A stretch of DNA of 51,371 bases from Candidatus Gastranaerophilales bacterium (GTDB lineage: Bacteria; Cyanobacteriota; Vampirovibrionia; Gastranaerophilales; Gastranaerophilaceae). The number at the start of each line of letters is the position of its first letter. Position 1 is the stretch's first letter. The DNA lies in NCBI GenBank assembly GCA_944326125.1, contig CALVCR010000034.1, forward strand, positions 1-51,371. The letters are read 5' to 3'. This document shows positions 29,339 through 43,636 of the stretch, piece after piece. A program made the translations under genes and the position numbers. Below the pieces are notes generated by a model. It made no database searches. It saw only the letters and a list, made by a program, of their open reading frames with translations, and was not told where the DNA came from.

Positions 29339-30631
29339 ATGGAAACTAAAATTGAAAAACTTCCTGAAAATGTTGTAAAAGTCGATATTGATATACCTGC
29401 AAAAGAGGCAGTGGATTTTTATAACAATGCAGCAAAAAAATTATCACAGTATGTTAATATTCCGGGCTTTAGAAAAGGTAAAGCTCCGAGAAATATTGTT
29501 GAACAAAATATCGGTGAAGAAAGAATTAAGCACGAAGCTTTGGAAACTGCTTTACCAAGAATTTTTTCTCAGGTAATTAAAGAAAATGATTTTGATGTGG
29601 TTGCACAACCTTATGTTGAATCATACACTTATAATATCGGGGAAGATTTAAAAATTACTGCAAGAATGGAGTTGAGACCGGAAGTAACACTTGGTGAATA
29701 TAAGAATATGACCGTAGAAGTTGAAGAATATAAAACTCCTGAAGATGCATTTCAGAAATCTCTTGACGGGTTGCTTGAACAGTCAGCGACTACGGTTGTT
29801 GTAACAGATAGAAAAACTTTGGCAAATGACATTGTAGTATTTGATTTTGAAGGTTTTTCAAATGGTGAAAAAATTGAGCACGGTGATGCTAAGAATTATA
29901 CGCTCGATTTGGCTCACTCAAGCTTTATTCCTGGTTTTGCAGAGCAATTGGTAGATAGACCTTTGGGCGAAGATTTTGAAATCAATGTAACTTTCCCTGA
30001 AACATATCATGAAAAGAAATTGGCTGGTCAGCCGGCTGTATTTAAGTGCAAAATTAATGAAATAAAAACAAAAGTTCTCCCTGAACTAAATGATGAATTT
30101 GCTCAGAAAGTAGGACCTTTTAAAACAGTGGATGACTTAAAAGCTGATATTCAGTCATATCTTGACAGGCAAAAAGCTGATATTGACAGAACAAATTCTG
30201 AAAAGGCTATTTTTGAGCAGGTTGTTAATAATGCAAAAGTTGATATTCAACAATCTATGATTGATAGAGAAGCTGATCAATTACTTGAAGAATACAGACA
30301 AAAACTTCAAATGCAGGGCTTTACTTGGGATCAGGCTGTCGAGGCTCAAGGCTATGATAATATTATGAACAGTTTGAAAGAGGATGCTGCTGTTAGGGTT
30401 AAAAATTCTCTTGTAATTGACAAAATTGCAAAAGAAGAAAATATTACAGTTTCTCAAGCTGATTTTGGCTCTAAACTGGCAGAATTGAGCAGAATGTATC
30501 AAATAGATACTCCGACTATGATAAAACAACTTTCACATACTCCAGGAGTATTTAATGCATTGTCTCAACAAGCGCTTAATGAAAAGGTTACTCAATTCTT
30601 AAGTGAAAATAATACAGTTAAGATGAAATAA
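29339..30631 (+). CDS. tig: Trigger factor
   Basis: IPGFRKGKAP, FIPGFAEQL, VTFPETYH. Confidence 0.97.
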   Translation: METKIEKLPENVVKVDIDIPAKEAVDFYNNAAKKLSQYVNIPGFRKGKAPRNIVEQNIGEERIKHEALETALPRIFSQVIKENDFDVVAQPYVESYTYNIGEDLKITARMELRPEVTLGEYKNMTVEVEEYKTPEDAFQKSLDGLLEQSATTVVVTDRKTLANDIVVFDFEGFSNGEKIEHGDAKNYTLDLAHSSFIPGFAEQLVDRPLGEDFEINVTFPETYHEKKLAGQPAVFKCKINEIKTKVLPELNDEFAQKVGPFKTVDDLKADIQSYLDRQKADIDRTNSEKAIFEQVVNNAKVDIQQSMIDREADQLLEEYRQKLQMQGFTWDQAVEAQGYDNIMNSLKEDAAVRVKNSLVIDKIAKEENITVSQADFGSKLAELSRMYQIDTPTMIKQLSHTPGVFNALSQQALNEKVTQFLSENNTVKMK

Positions 30632-30651
30632 TTGTATTGTATTCTATAAAT

Positions 30652-30686
30652 AAAAAGCGGAACGAACTTTCGTCCCGCTTTTTTTT
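30652..30686. terminator. Bidirectional intrinsic terminator between tig and the convergent pilin-like gene
   Basis: AAAAAGCGGAACGAA-CT-TTCGTCCCGCTTTTTTTT. Confidence 0.85.
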
Positions 30687-30699
30687 ATTTTGTATAAAT

Positions 30700-31440
30700 T
30701 TAGAATACTTTTTGAGGATTTGCAACTCTAAGCAACCCTTTACTTCCGGAAGCGACTCCGGAACAATTTACATATGTTTCACCTTCCAGTGTTAATGTTC
30801 CATTAATTTTGCAGAAGGCTTGCTTAAAACTAGTATAAGTAGGTTTTGTATAACTATATTGATCCACCCCTGTCTCGATAGCCCTACCTACATTTCCGTC
30901 ATCAATATAAAAAGGTAATAAGTCCTGTCTGTTTTGGAGGTCTACATTATTGTCGCTTGTAACCTTCGGGGCTGGAATTAAGATCCCGTTATTTAAATTA
31001 GGAAGATAGAATAACGTAACTTTTGTTTCACTTGTATCACTTGTCTTTTGGTAAGGGATTTTCATTATAATTTTATAAATTGGACCGGATTCCTCTTCTT
31101 CAACATAATTTGTCAAATAAGACATTGTATATGTTATTCCGTTTGGTGCGGCTATTTGAACACTATTCCCCGAGGTGGTTTTTTCGGCGGAAAGAATTTT
31201 TACTATATGCTCGGTAAAATCACAGTTTGTTATTGTAGAACTATCCGGAGCGTATCCGTAATCAATAGCATCGCCTATTGCTTCATATAAACCGTTGTAG
31301 CCGGTATAGAAGAATAAATTATACGCGTTTTTTATACCTTTTTTTGCTATGGTAAAACTCATAGCGGTTATTATTGCAATAATAGCCATTACTATTAAAA
31401 GTTCAGCAAGCGAAAATGCTTTTTTTAAATTCTTTATCAT
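30700..31440 (-). CDS. Type IV pilin/pseudopilin-like protein (prepilin N-terminal cleavage/methylation motif)
   Basis: KKA^FSLAELLIVMAIIAII with Glu at +5; C-terminal Cys pair. Confidence 0.88.
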   Translation of the reverse strand: MIKNLKKAFSLAELLIVMAIIAIITAMSFTIAKKGIKNAYNLFFYTGYNGLYEAIGDAIDYGYAPDSSTITNCDFTEHIVKILSAEKTTSGNSVQIAAPNGITYTMSYLTNYVEEEESGPIYKIIMKIPYQKTSDTSETKVTLFYLPNLNNGILIPAPKVTSDNNVDLQNRQDLLPFYIDDGNVGRAIETGVDQYSYTKPTYTSFKQAFCKINGTLTLEGETYVNCSGVASGSKGLLRVANPQKVF

Positions 31441-32390
31441 AAAAGCTCCAGAAGTTCTTCGTATGTATTTATTATATCACAGTTTATCGGAAAATTCTTA
31501 GGGTTTATGTTTAGGACAGTATTGTTTCCTTTTATTACAAAGATTTTTTTATTAAGTTTGTTCATTTCAAGCATTGGAATTCCGCCTAGACAGTCATATG
31601 GTGTTATTAAAAAGTTAACGTCATTTATGGAAATAGTATTACCTTTTTTTTCATAATCCAACTTAGGGGCGTTATTTAACCCTAATAATATACACGGCAA
31701 GAATGTTGGTGTTATAAATTCAGCTGAACACCTTGAATCGACAATTGCTGAAGATATGGAATAATCTGAAAATGCCGGAGCGTGTGCGCATGGAACTTTT
31801 AATTCTTTTGAGATGTAGTGAGAAATAATAGCTTCTACCCCGCCGACCGGATCAACACCGATTCCGTTTGCATAGTCATCACCCTGGGCTTCAGGGAAAT
31901 AACAAACTATAGCAATTGCATCCGAGCCTGTTTCAACAAGTTTTTTCCCGGCTCTGAGTAATGTATGCGGATTTTTTATGTTGCCAACAGAATCACCCGC
32001 CTGATTTATAAAAAATTCAACGCCGACTTCTTCATCTGTTATTTCAATTTGATTTATGTCTATGTCGTATACGGTTTTTACTGCATTTATTGTGTTGATA
32101 TGTATATTATAAACATCCTGCGGGATGGCTTTGTCGAAAATAACTCCGATTTTATTATTTCTTGATTCTGATAAGTTAAGATTACCTTTAAAGAATTCAT
32201 CCATCGAATATCCTTCAAGGTATAGCATATTATCTGTTATTCCGGAGAAACAAGCTGCATTAACAACGTTTGGATTGACAATCAGTCTGTGTCCTTCAGC
32301 AATTTTTCTTGCCCACTTGCTTGCATCGCCGGCAAAGCCGCCTATTGAGGCTCCGATTCCTGTTGGTATTATAAACGCTCCGATATTCAT
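31437..32390 (-). CDS. DUF3326-like protein (cyanobacteria/plastid family)
   Basis: IIPTGIGASIGGFAGDA, NPNVVNAA, YLEGYSMD, GVDPVGGVEAIISH, PCAHAP, TFLPCILLGL. Confidence 0.85.
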   Translation of the reverse strand: MNIGAFIIPTGIGASIGGFAGDASKWARKIAEGHRLIVNPNVVNAACFSGITDNMLYLEGYSMDEFFKGNLNLSESRNNKIGVIFDKAIPQDVYNIHINTINAVKTVYDIDINQIEITDEEVGVEFFINQAGDSVGNIKNPHTLLRAGKKLVETGSDAIAIVCYFPEAQGDDYANGIGVDPVGGVEAIISHYISKELKVPCAHAPAFSDYSISSAIVDSRCSAEFITPTFLPCILLGLNNAPKLDYEKKGNTISINDVNFLITPYDCLGGIPMLEMNKLNKKIFVIKGNNTVLNINPKNFPINCDIINTYEELLELL

Positions 32391-32489
32391 ATGTTGATTA
32401 TATTATAACCTTTATAACTTTGTCCAATATTGCAAAATATTCATGTCTGATGTAAAATTACGTTTATAAAACAAAGGTATTTTAGAGGA

Positions 32490-33836
32490 ATGGACCTAAC
32501 CGATATATTTATTAATATATTTATAATAGTATTTTTACTCTTTGTTAACGGTTTCTTTGTAGCAGCGGAATTTTCTCTTGTAAAAGTTAGAAAAACTCGG
32601 CTTGAGCAGCTTAGCAATGAAGGTAATTCTAATGCTAAACGAGCATTGAAACTTGTGAATGAAACCAATAAGATGCTTGCCGCTGCACAGTTAGGTGTAA
32701 CAATAGCCAGTATCGCTTTAGGTTGGGTTGCCGAGGCTACTATCGTTCAATTAATTGAACCTCTGATACGTCTCCTTCCTGTTGCAAATTCTGCGGTATT
32801 TGCTCATGCGGTAGCAGTTCCGATATCTTTTGTTTTGGTTACATATTTCCATGTATTATTAGGTGAGCAGCTTCCTAAATGTTTTGCCTTACAGCATCCG
32901 GATAGACTGGCTCTTTGGGTTGCTACTCCAATGAATATGTTTATTACTGTATTTAAGCCTTTTGTCTGGTTATTACTTGTATCTGGCGATAAAATCCTTT
33001 GCGCATTCCATGCTACGGCGGATGATTCAGCCCTTGTACATTCAACGGAAGAATTAGATATGCTTGTCGATGTAAGCTACAATGAGGGCGTTTTGAATGA
33101 AACTGAAGCTGAAATGCTTCATAATATGTTTAAGTTTTCAGATTTAATGGCTAAACAGGTTATGATTCCTCGCACAGATATGATGTGTATTCCGAATGAT
33201 ATTTCTTATGAAGAATTAACCAAATTTACCTTAGAAAACCAGTACACAAGATATCCTGTATATGAAGAAAATATTGATAAAATTTTAGGGTTTATTCATG
33301 TTAAGGATTTGTATTCTCTTTCTATGACAAAAGAAAATTTTTCTCTTGAAAAGTTAATAAGGCCTTTAATGCTAGTTCCAGAAACAATGACACTTGATAA
33401 TTTAATTATTCAATTCAAAAAGGATCATGCACAAATGGCTGTTGTTATTGATGAATTTGGCGGCACGGCTGGTTTAATTACGCTTGAAGATGTTCTTGAA
33501 GAAATTATAGGTGAAGTTCAGGATGAATTTGATGAAGAGGAAGAAGCTGATATTAGGGAAGTCGCTGAAAATACATATATAGCAAATGCGATGATGAGAA
33601 TTGATGAGCTGGCCAAGTTTTTCGGTATTAATGAAGAACAATTTGAAGAAGATGATGTTGAGACTATAGCCGGATTAGTTGTTAAATTATTAGGGCATAT
33701 TGCTAATATTGGCGATTCTGTGACATATGAAGGCCTTACATTTACCGTTATAGAAGTAGACGGCGCTCGGGTTACAAAATTGCAAATATACAAAGAGCCT
33801 GAAAATATTGAAGTTTCTGTCTCAGAAGAGGCTTAA
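32490..33836 (+). CDS. Hemolysin-family CNNM/CBS/CorC membrane protein
   Basis: NGFFVAAEFSLVKVR, QLGVTIASIALGW, GEQLPK, VMIPR, VIDEFGGTAGLITLEDVLEEIIGE. Confidence 0.94.
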   Translation: MDLTDIFINIFIIVFLLFVNGFFVAAEFSLVKVRKTRLEQLSNEGNSNAKRALKLVNETNKMLAAAQLGVTIASIALGWVAEATIVQLIEPLIRLLPVANSAVFAHAVAVPISFVLVTYFHVLLGEQLPKCFALQHPDRLALWVATPMNMFITVFKPFVWLLLVSGDKILCAFHATADDSALVHSTEELDMLVDVSYNEGVLNETEAEMLHNMFKFSDLMAKQVMIPRTDMMCIPNDISYEELTKFTLENQYTRYPVYEENIDKILGFIHVKDLYSLSMTKENFSLEKLIRPLMLVPETMTLDNLIIQFKKDHAQMAVVIDEFGGTAGLITLEDVLEEIIGEVQDEFDEEEEADIREVAENTYIANAMMRIDELAKFFGINEEQFEEDDVETIAGLVVKLLGHIANIGDSVTYEGLTFTVIEVDGARVTKLQIYKEPENIEVSVSEEA

Positions 33837-33849
33837 TTATATATTAAGA

Positions 33850-33867
33850 ATTGTAAAAGCTTGTTAA
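33850..33867 (-). promoter_or_regulatory. HLR1-like direct repeat TTAACAAG-CT-TTTACAAT
   Basis: Two mismatches to HLR1; intergenic, about 70 bp upstream of the 33936 ORF. Confidence 0.35.
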
Positions 33868-33935
33868 ATTTATGCAATTTTTTACCGCAAAATAACTTTA
33901 TATAAATGTAGTATTACAGTGTGTAAGGTTAGAAT

Positions 33936-34634
33936 ATGACATCAGGTTTATCATCAATTGCATTATTTGCTCCGGCCATAGCTTCAAATGCTGTGTTCTC
34001 CTTCAGACGTGCATCAAGAGGGGTAGATTCTATTGATGAAAATCCGATTTACGGAATGATGAATATGGATCTTGCGGCAGGACAAACTCTCAAGGCTGCA
34101 AAGGCTACAAGGGATATGGTTCAGGTGAGCGATGCAGCTGCAGGTGAAACTTTTAAGGGTGCTGAACAGGCTATTAAAAATATGGCTGCAGAAAGCAAGT
34201 TTTTAAGAGGTGCCGGGAAAATTGTCAGATTCACTGCTGATAATATTAACCCAATTATATGTGCTACAAGCGGTGTCAAAGTTTTGTATTCTGACGACAG
34301 AACCGACGCTCTTGCAAGAGAGTCTTTAGCGTTGACTACAATGTTTTCAGCTGAATCAGCCGCAAAAAAATTCCTTGGTATGCCTGTAACAAAGAAAATT
34401 GATGGTAAAAAAGTCACTGTAGCAAGGGAAAGTTTATATAGTCAAAATCCGTTTTTAAAAGAACAGGCAGCAGCAATAAAAGATTATTGTGCAACAAGCA
34501 AACTCTTTAATAAGATTTCTTTAAAACCTGTTCCGGGTATGTTAAAAGGTTTAGCATTTGTAGCTGCTTCAATAGCGGGATATCAGGCAGGATCTTTATT
34601 GGGTGATTGGATTTTAGGTGAAAAGAGCGAATAA
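33936..34634 (+). CDS. Hypothetical Ala-rich protein with a C-terminal hydrophobic helix
   Basis: 232-aa ORF, AAGG SD; GLAFVAASIAGYQAGSLLG tail. Confidence 0.75.
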   Translation: MTSGLSSIALFAPAIASNAVFSFRRASRGVDSIDENPIYGMMNMDLAAGQTLKAAKATRDMVQVSDAAAGETFKGAEQAIKNMAAESKFLRGAGKIVRFTADNINPIICATSGVKVLYSDDRTDALARESLALTTMFSAESAAKKFLGMPVTKKIDGKKVTVARESLYSQNPFLKEQAAAIKDYCATSKLFNKISLKPVPGMLKGLAFVAASIAGYQAGSLLGDWILGEKSE

Positions 34635-34635
34635 T

Positions 34636-35556
34636 TTATCTAAAATTTGATTTTGTTTTTATTTTTCCGTGTTCTCTGTAGAGGGTTTGGAATATAGATT
34701 GTGAACGTCTGTAGTTGTTAATTGTGGCTTCAAGTGATGCGTTAATAGTAAAATAAACAACGGGAACAGCAATTGCTATTGTTACTATTGCAATTACCGC
34801 ATGTTTTATAACCGTTTGCACCATTCCAAGTCGTCTTTTTGTTATAGCGATATCATCTTGCTGCCGAAGGATCCTGTTAATGAGGTTTTTGCGTTCTTTT
34901 ACTGTTAAACTTTCTATAAAATCAGTATTTTCCGGATCAATGTATATAACATATTTTGTATATTTAACATTATCATCCAGATAATCTAAGCTCTCATTGT
35001 AACTAACCTGCTCGTGCGTGGAAGGTTTTTCAAGAATATTTCCGCCTGTTAGGTTTTCGATTTCTTTATTTTCTTTTAGTTCTTCCTGCGGTGCCGGTTG
35101 TGTTGCGGAAATTCTTTCATTTGTGTCTTTTGAAGAAATTTCTTGAGTCTCATTTTGAATTTTTGCTTGTGCTTCGGCTTGAGCTTCAGCTTCTTGTTTA
35201 TTTAATTTGGCCTTGTATTTTTTTATGAAATTATCATCAATTGCATTATCAATGTTAACTTTTGCACGAGGAGATATATCTTCTTTTTCAGGTGTCTCAA
35301 TATTAGCTTGAGAAGGTTGGGTTTCTGGCGGTTGTGAAGCCTGTTCGGGAATCTCTTCAAATAATGTTGCATCATCATTTGTATCCATAGCAGGGACTTC
35401 TTTATTGTTTAACTTATTCGCAGTTTGCGATACTTTATTTTGAAGTTGTTCAATAAATTCAGGAGTTATTTCCTCATTTAAGGATGCAAGTTCATTAATG
35501 TCCAATGCATCATTTTTACTGAGGAATTTGTTCTTTTGTAAATTATTATCAGCCAT
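34636..35556 (-). CDS. Hypothetical protein: acidic disordered N-half and a C-terminal TM helix
   Basis: 306-aa ORF; TM AVIAIVTIAIAVPVVYFTI. Confidence 0.78.
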   Translation of the reverse strand: MADNNLQKNKFLSKNDALDINELASLNEEITPEFIEQLQNKVSQTANKLNNKEVPAMDTNDDATLFEEIPEQASQPPETQPSQANIETPEKEDISPRAKVNIDNAIDDNFIKKYKAKLNKQEAEAQAEAQAKIQNETQEISSKDTNERISATQPAPQEELKENKEIENLTGGNILEKPSTHEQVSYNESLDYLDDNVKYTKYVIYIDPENTDFIESLTVKERKNLINRILRQQDDIAITKRRLGMVQTVIKHAVIAIVTIAIAVPVVYFTINASLEATINNYRRSQSIFQTLYREHGKIKTKSNFR

Positions 35557-35620
35557 CCCGACTTATCCTAAACACTCGCCTTTTATTTTTATGATAATAT
35601 TATATATGATATTTTAATAG

Positions 35621-36667
35621 TTGGCAATCATAAGAGAGATGGATATTATGGAGATAAATATCGATAAACTTAAGAATACTATATTAAAGTTAAATAATTC
35701 TAAAATCCTTGTAATAGGTGATTTAGCTTTAGATGAGATGGTGTACGGAGACACGGAGAGAATTTCAAGAGAAGCTCCTGTTTTAATTCTTCAGCATACT
35801 CATACGAAGCACATCCTTGGGGGGGCTTCAAATGCGGCTCACAACGTTTCTTCTATTAACGGAGGAAAGGTTAGTGTAATTGGCGTAATCGGAGAGGATT
35901 ATCAGGCTAATGATTTGAAGGCAGCTTTTACCGAGGCCGGAATTGACTGCTCGTCTTTGGTTACTGATAAAGATCGCAAAACGATTACCAAAACAAGAAT
36001 CTCGGGATCTTGTTCTCATTCTATTACGCAGCAGATAGTAAGAATTGACAGACAGACGAATGCTCCTATATCTAAAGAAACTGAACAAAAATTAATAGAA
36101 AAAATTGAAAAACTTATCCCTGAATTTGATGCGGTAATTCTTTCTGATTATCATATCGGAACTCTTTCCGATAATATTATCAGGTGTGTTACGGAATGTG
36201 CTAAGAAATATTCAAAAAAAGTTATTGTAGATGCGCAGAAGGATTTAAACCGATATAAAGGTGTTTATTCAATGACACCTAATTATCCTGATACTCAAAA
36301 ATTTGTAGGCTATCCTTTAAAATCCAAAGAAGATTTTATGCGTGCAGGTTATTCATTGATGGATTTAACCGGTGCTGAATGTGTCCTTATTACATGCGGT
36401 TCAGAAGGTATGGTTGTTATTGAAAGAGGTGGAAAATATACACATATCCCTGTATTTAATAAATCTAAAGTTTTTGACGTAACCGGTGCCGGTGATACAG
36501 TAACCGCAACTTATACTCTTGCACTTGCCGCCGGAGCTGAACCTGTATATGCTGCAATAATAGGGAATATTGCAGCGGGTATTGTTATTAAACAATTCGG
36601 CTGTGCTACTACAAATATAGATGAGATACTGGCTTCTATGCCAGAGAAGATTGAGCTTGAAAATTAA
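35621..36667 (+). CDS. rfaE1: D-glycero-D-manno-heptose-7-phosphate kinase (RfaE domain I/HldA, PfkB family)
   Basis: LVIGDLALD, RISREAPV, GGASNAA, TITKTRI, VILSDY, VFDVTGAGDTV; the start may be ATG 35639 or 35648. Confidence 0.9.
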   Translation: MAIIREMDIMEINIDKLKNTILKLNNSKILVIGDLALDEMVYGDTERISREAPVLILQHTHTKHILGGASNAAHNVSSINGGKVSVIGVIGEDYQANDLKAAFTEAGIDCSSLVTDKDRKTITKTRISGSCSHSITQQIVRIDRQTNAPISKETEQKLIEKIEKLIPEFDAVILSDYHIGTLSDNIIRCVTECAKKYSKKVIVDAQKDLNRYKGVYSMTPNYPDTQKFVGYPLKSKEDFMRAGYSLMDLTGAECVLITCGSEGMVVIERGGKYTHIPVFNKSKVFDVTGAGDTVTATYTLALAAGAEPVYAAIIGNIAAGIVIKQFGCATTNIDEILASMPEKIELEN

Positions 36668-36681
36668 TTAAGGAGTGTTAT

Positions 36682-37206
36682 ATGAAAAAATTTAGTTTAG
36701 TTGACTTGGTTATTATAGGAGGTGTATTAATAGCTTTGATTGTAGGTATTTACACCGCTAAACATTTCAGACAAACTGCCGATAAGCAAATTGAAGCTAC
36801 TTCTCCTATAACTTTTCAGGTATTTTTGAGGGGGGTAACTGTTACGGGTGAAAATTTCCCTGTAAAAAAAGATGATAAAACTTTTATTACAATAAGAAAT
36901 GTTCCATATACTGAACTTACTGTTGTAGATGTGACATCTCAGCCAAGGAAAACTCTTTCTCCTGCAGGAAGATATATACTTGTGAATGATCCGTCTCAGC
37001 CGGCAATTTTTGATGCTGTTGTAACGATAACTGATACGGCTAAAATTACTAAAGACGGTGCTGTTGTCGGTGGTAATAAGATCAAAATGGGGCTTCCTGT
37101 TACGCTGGAAGGCGAAACTTATAAATTTAACGGAACAATATCTGATGTCAGAGTCTCTAATGATGCAGATGTTAAAGATTCTGGCGAGAATGTTAATGTA
37201 GGGTAA
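36682..37206 (+). CDS. DUF4330-like membrane-anchored protein
   Basis: KFSLVDL + TM, TFITIRNVPY, GAVVGGNKIKMGLPVTLEGETY. Confidence 0.75.
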   Translation: MKKFSLVDLVIIGGVLIALIVGIYTAKHFRQTADKQIEATSPITFQVFLRGVTVTGENFPVKKDDKTFITIRNVPYTELTVVDVTSQPRKTLSPAGRYILVNDPSQPAIFDAVVTITDTAKITKDGAVVGGNKIKMGLPVTLEGETYKFNGTISDVRVSNDADVKDSGENVNVG

Positions 37207-37211
37207 CTTTA

Positions 37212-40942
<3,731 letters not shown>

Positions 40943-40946
<4 letters not shown>

Positions 40947-41146
40947 CCTCTGGTATTTGTGTTTTCAAATACTATTCGGCTCTGACTCAATGCCAGCATC
41001 TTTAGAGAACACTCGCCTTCTTTCCTGTTAATTACTCCGATTGAAGAGAGTCTTGCAGTTACAAACTCATTTAAATCATCAGGAGAGATGAATAGCGGAC
41101 AATTACTGTCGCAGTTTTTATTATCGTTAAACGGGCAAGTTTTCAT
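40943..41146 (-). CDS. Small Cys-rich protein
   Basis: MKTCPF..CDSNCPLF...ECS; begins 2 bp after the transketolase stop with a GGAG SD. Confidence 0.7.
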
Positions 41147-41148
41147 AT

Positions 41149-41976
41149 TTACTCCAATTCTTTTAATGCTTGTTCAAGCTGCTCATCATTAGGCGCCTTA
41201 CCATGCCAGCCGGCTTGATTTTCCATGAATGAAACCCCTTTACCTTTAATAGTATTTGCAACTATAGCAAAAGGCTTATTTGCAATTTTTGCTTGTTCAA
41301 TGGCCGTATATATTTCTTCAATGTTATGTCCGTCTATTTCTGTAACATCCCATCCGAAAGCTTTAATTTTTTCTGCAACATCACCAAGAGCCATTACGTT
41401 TTCCGTGCAGCCATCTATTTGGAGCTTGTTTCTGTCAATAATGGCAATAAGGTTGTCTAAATTTCTGTGTGCTGCTTGCATAAATGCTTCCCAGCAAGAG
41501 CCTTCTTGTAATTCTCCATCTCCAAGGTATACAACAACTTTGGCAGGGTTTTTATCAAGCTTAAGCCCCATTGCAATTCCGCAACCTACAGAAAGCCCCT
41601 GCCCTAAGGAACCGGTTGAAGTTTCAACCCCCTGAATATATCCGTGAGCGGGATGGCCTTGCAGTCTGCTGTTAATTTTTCTAAAAGTCCTTAGTTCATC
41701 TTTTGAGATAATTCCATGCTGAGCAAGGGTTGCATATAACAACGGAGAGGCATGTCCTTTTGAAATTATAAATCTATCTCTTTTATCAAAATCCGGATTC
41801 TTATCCCAGTCCGAAGGAATATTTAAACATTTTTCGTAAAGCACTGTCAGAATATCAGCTCCTGAAAGAGAACCCCCCGGATGCCCTGATTTTGCGTTAT
41901 GAACCATTTTTATAATATTTCTTCTAACTTCTTTTGCAGAATTTTTTAGATTTTCAATTTCTTGTGCGGTAAGCAT
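41149..41976 (-). CDS. Transketolase, N-terminal (TPP-binding) subunit
   Basis: [48 protein letters not shown]. Confidence 0.95.
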   Translation of the reverse strand: MLTAQEIENLKNSAKEVRRNIIKMVHNAKSGHPGGSLSGADILTVLYEKCLNIPSDWDKNPDFDKRDRFIISKGHASPLLYATLAQHGIISKDELRTFRKINSRLQGHPAHGYIQGVETSTGSLGQGLSVGCGIAMGLKLDKNPAKVVVYLGDGELQEGSCWEAFMQAAHRNLDNLIAIIDRNKLQIDGCTENVMALGDVAEKIKAFGWDVTEIDGHNIEEIYTAIEQAKIANKPFAIVANTIKGKGVSFMENQAGWHGKAPNDEQLEQALKELE

Positions 41977-42692
41977 TATAAACTCCTCTTTGTCAAAGCT
42001 TTTATTAAAAATAAAGGTAAAGTTGGGAATATTCTTTTTATTCTGGCCGGTTGAGTCACTGTCCTATAGAGCCATTCCAAGCCGCAAATCTGGAAAATTC
42101 TTGGAGCTCTTTTAACCATGCCGGACCAGACATCAAGACTTCCTCCAATTCCTATCATAAGAGCCGGTTTAAGAACTTTCTTTGCATTATAAATGAATTT
42201 TTCCTGTCTTGGTGATCCCATTGCGATTAGGATAAGTTTCGGTGATTTTGTATTGATTTCTTCGTAGATGGAATTATCATTATCAAAATAACCGTTATGG
42301 TAATATACAATATTTAAACCGTTAATCTCATTTTTAAGATTCTCTACGGCTTTTTGTATAACTTCTTCTTTTGCCCCGATTATGGCTACAGGAATATCGT
42401 TAGCTGCGGCTTCCGATAATAGTCGTCTGGCGAAATCTATGCCCGGAATTCTCTCTGTATTAAATCCGTTGAGCTTTAAAGCGATTTTAACTCCTACTCC
42501 GTCCGGAATAACCATGTCAGCTTCTTTTATGATTTCAGCGAAATCGCTGTCTTTTTGTGCTGCTTCAAACATCTCAGGATTAATTGTTACTATCTGAGAT
42601 ACTTTTCTTCCGTCAATCAGAACTTTAGCCCTGCTTACGGCTTCTTCAAATCCAAATGTATCTACATTAAGTCCTAGTAATTCTACACTCAT
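41976..42692 (-). CDS. WecB/TagA/CpsF glycosyltransferase
   Basis: [44 protein letters not shown]. Confidence 0.94.
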   Translation of the reverse strand: MSVELLGLNVDTFGFEEAVSRAKVLIDGRKVSQIVTINPEMFEAAQKDSDFAEIIKEADMVIPDGVGVKIALKLNGFNTERIPGIDFARRLLSEAAANDIPVAIIGAKEEVIQKAVENLKNEINGLNIVYYHNGYFDNDNSIYEEINTKSPKLILIAMGSPRQEKFIYNAKKVLKPALMIGIGGSLDVWSGMVKRAPRIFQICGLEWLYRTVTQPARIKRIFPTLPLFLIKALTKRSL

Positions 42693-42762
42693 ATTTACAT
42701 TATACTTGAAAATTAAAAAAATGTAGTCTAAAATGTGATTTATTCAGAGAAAGGAGTTTAGT

Positions 42763-43077
42763 ATGAAAAAATTATTAACAGTTTTAACTCTTGTTGCTTT
42801 AACAGGAACTCTTGCCGTATCAGCTGCAGAATCAAGATTAGAAAATTATGTAAACAAAAAACTTTCTCCTATTACAAATAAGGAAAAAGAATTTAATGCT
42901 AAAGTAGAAGCTCAGCAAAAAGAAAATGCTGCCAAAAAAGCTGAATATGAGAAACAGCAGAAAGAAAGACAAGCTGCAAGAGAAAAACAGAGACAAGAAG
43001 CTCAAGCAAGACGCCAGGCAACGAAGGATGCTATCAATGCGGAAAAAGATTACTGGAATTCACTAATGAAGAAGTAG
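42763..43077 (+). CDS. Secreted charged-helix protein, paralog 1
   Basis: AAGGAG SD; signal peptide ending AVSA; E/K/Q/R/A helix. Confidence 0.82.
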   Translation: MKKLLTVLTLVALTGTLAVSAAESRLENYVNKKLSPITNKEKEFNAKVEAQQKENAAKKAEYEKQQKERQAAREKQRQEAQARRQATKDAINAEKDYWNSLMKK

Positions 43078-43090
43078 AAGGGGAATTTTG

Positions 43091-43441
43091 ATGAAAAAAA
43101 TTTTTACATCTGCAATATTGATTATGCTAATGTCTTCTATGGCATCATATGCGGCAGAATCTCGTATTGAAAATTTTGTTGATAATTTGATTTCGCCTGT
43201 AATACAAAAAGAAAAAGAATTAAATGCACAGGCAGAAGCCCAGCAAAAGGCAAGAAAAGCTCGACAAGCTCAATATGAAAAACAACAAAGAGAAAGACAA
43301 CGTGCTATAAAAAAACAACAAAGAGAGCGAGAGCGAGCTTTAAGAAGACAACAACGTGAAGCCCAAGCAAGAAGAGAAAATACCAGAAATGCTATTGAGT
43401 CTGAAGCTAATTTTTGGAAATCGCTTTTTGATAAAAAATAA
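43091..43441 (+). CDS. Secreted charged-helix protein, paralog 2
   Basis: Signal peptide ending ASYA; shares AAESR.EN.V...SP...KEKE.NA..EAQQK with paralog 1. Confidence 0.82.
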   Translation: MKKIFTSAILIMLMSSMASYAAESRIENFVDNLISPVIQKEKELNAQAEAQQKARKARQAQYEKQQRERQRAIKKQQRERERALRRQQREAQARRENTRNAIESEANFWKSLFDKK

Positions 43442-43458
43442 AAGCTATAAAATACTTG

Positions 43459-43491
43459 AAAAGGATGGACAATAGTTCATCCTTTTATTTT
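43459..43491 (+). terminator. Intrinsic terminator after the paralog pair
   Basis: AAAAGGATGGAC-AATA-GTTCATCCTTTT plus T-rich tail. Confidence 0.8.
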
Positions 43492-43510
43492 ACGAAAGGC
43501 CCATATAAAG

Positions 43511-43580
43511 AAAAAACCGCAATCGTTGCGGCATTAACTCTCGTTAGATAAAGGAGTGGAGGAGAAAATAAAGAAAAGAG
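43511..43580 (-). ncRNA. Candidate small RNA with an anti-Shine-Dalgarno-like CU-rich tract
   Basis: TATAAT boxes at 43591-43581 (minus), then TTCTCCTCCACTCCTTT, a TAAC-GAGA-GTTA mini-hairpin and terminator CCGCAA-CGA-TTGCGG-T6; no ORF. Confidence 0.5.
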
Positions 43581-43636
43581 ATTATATTATATATATTCCA
43601 CATTATGCATTTTTTATAACACTTTTATATAAAATT

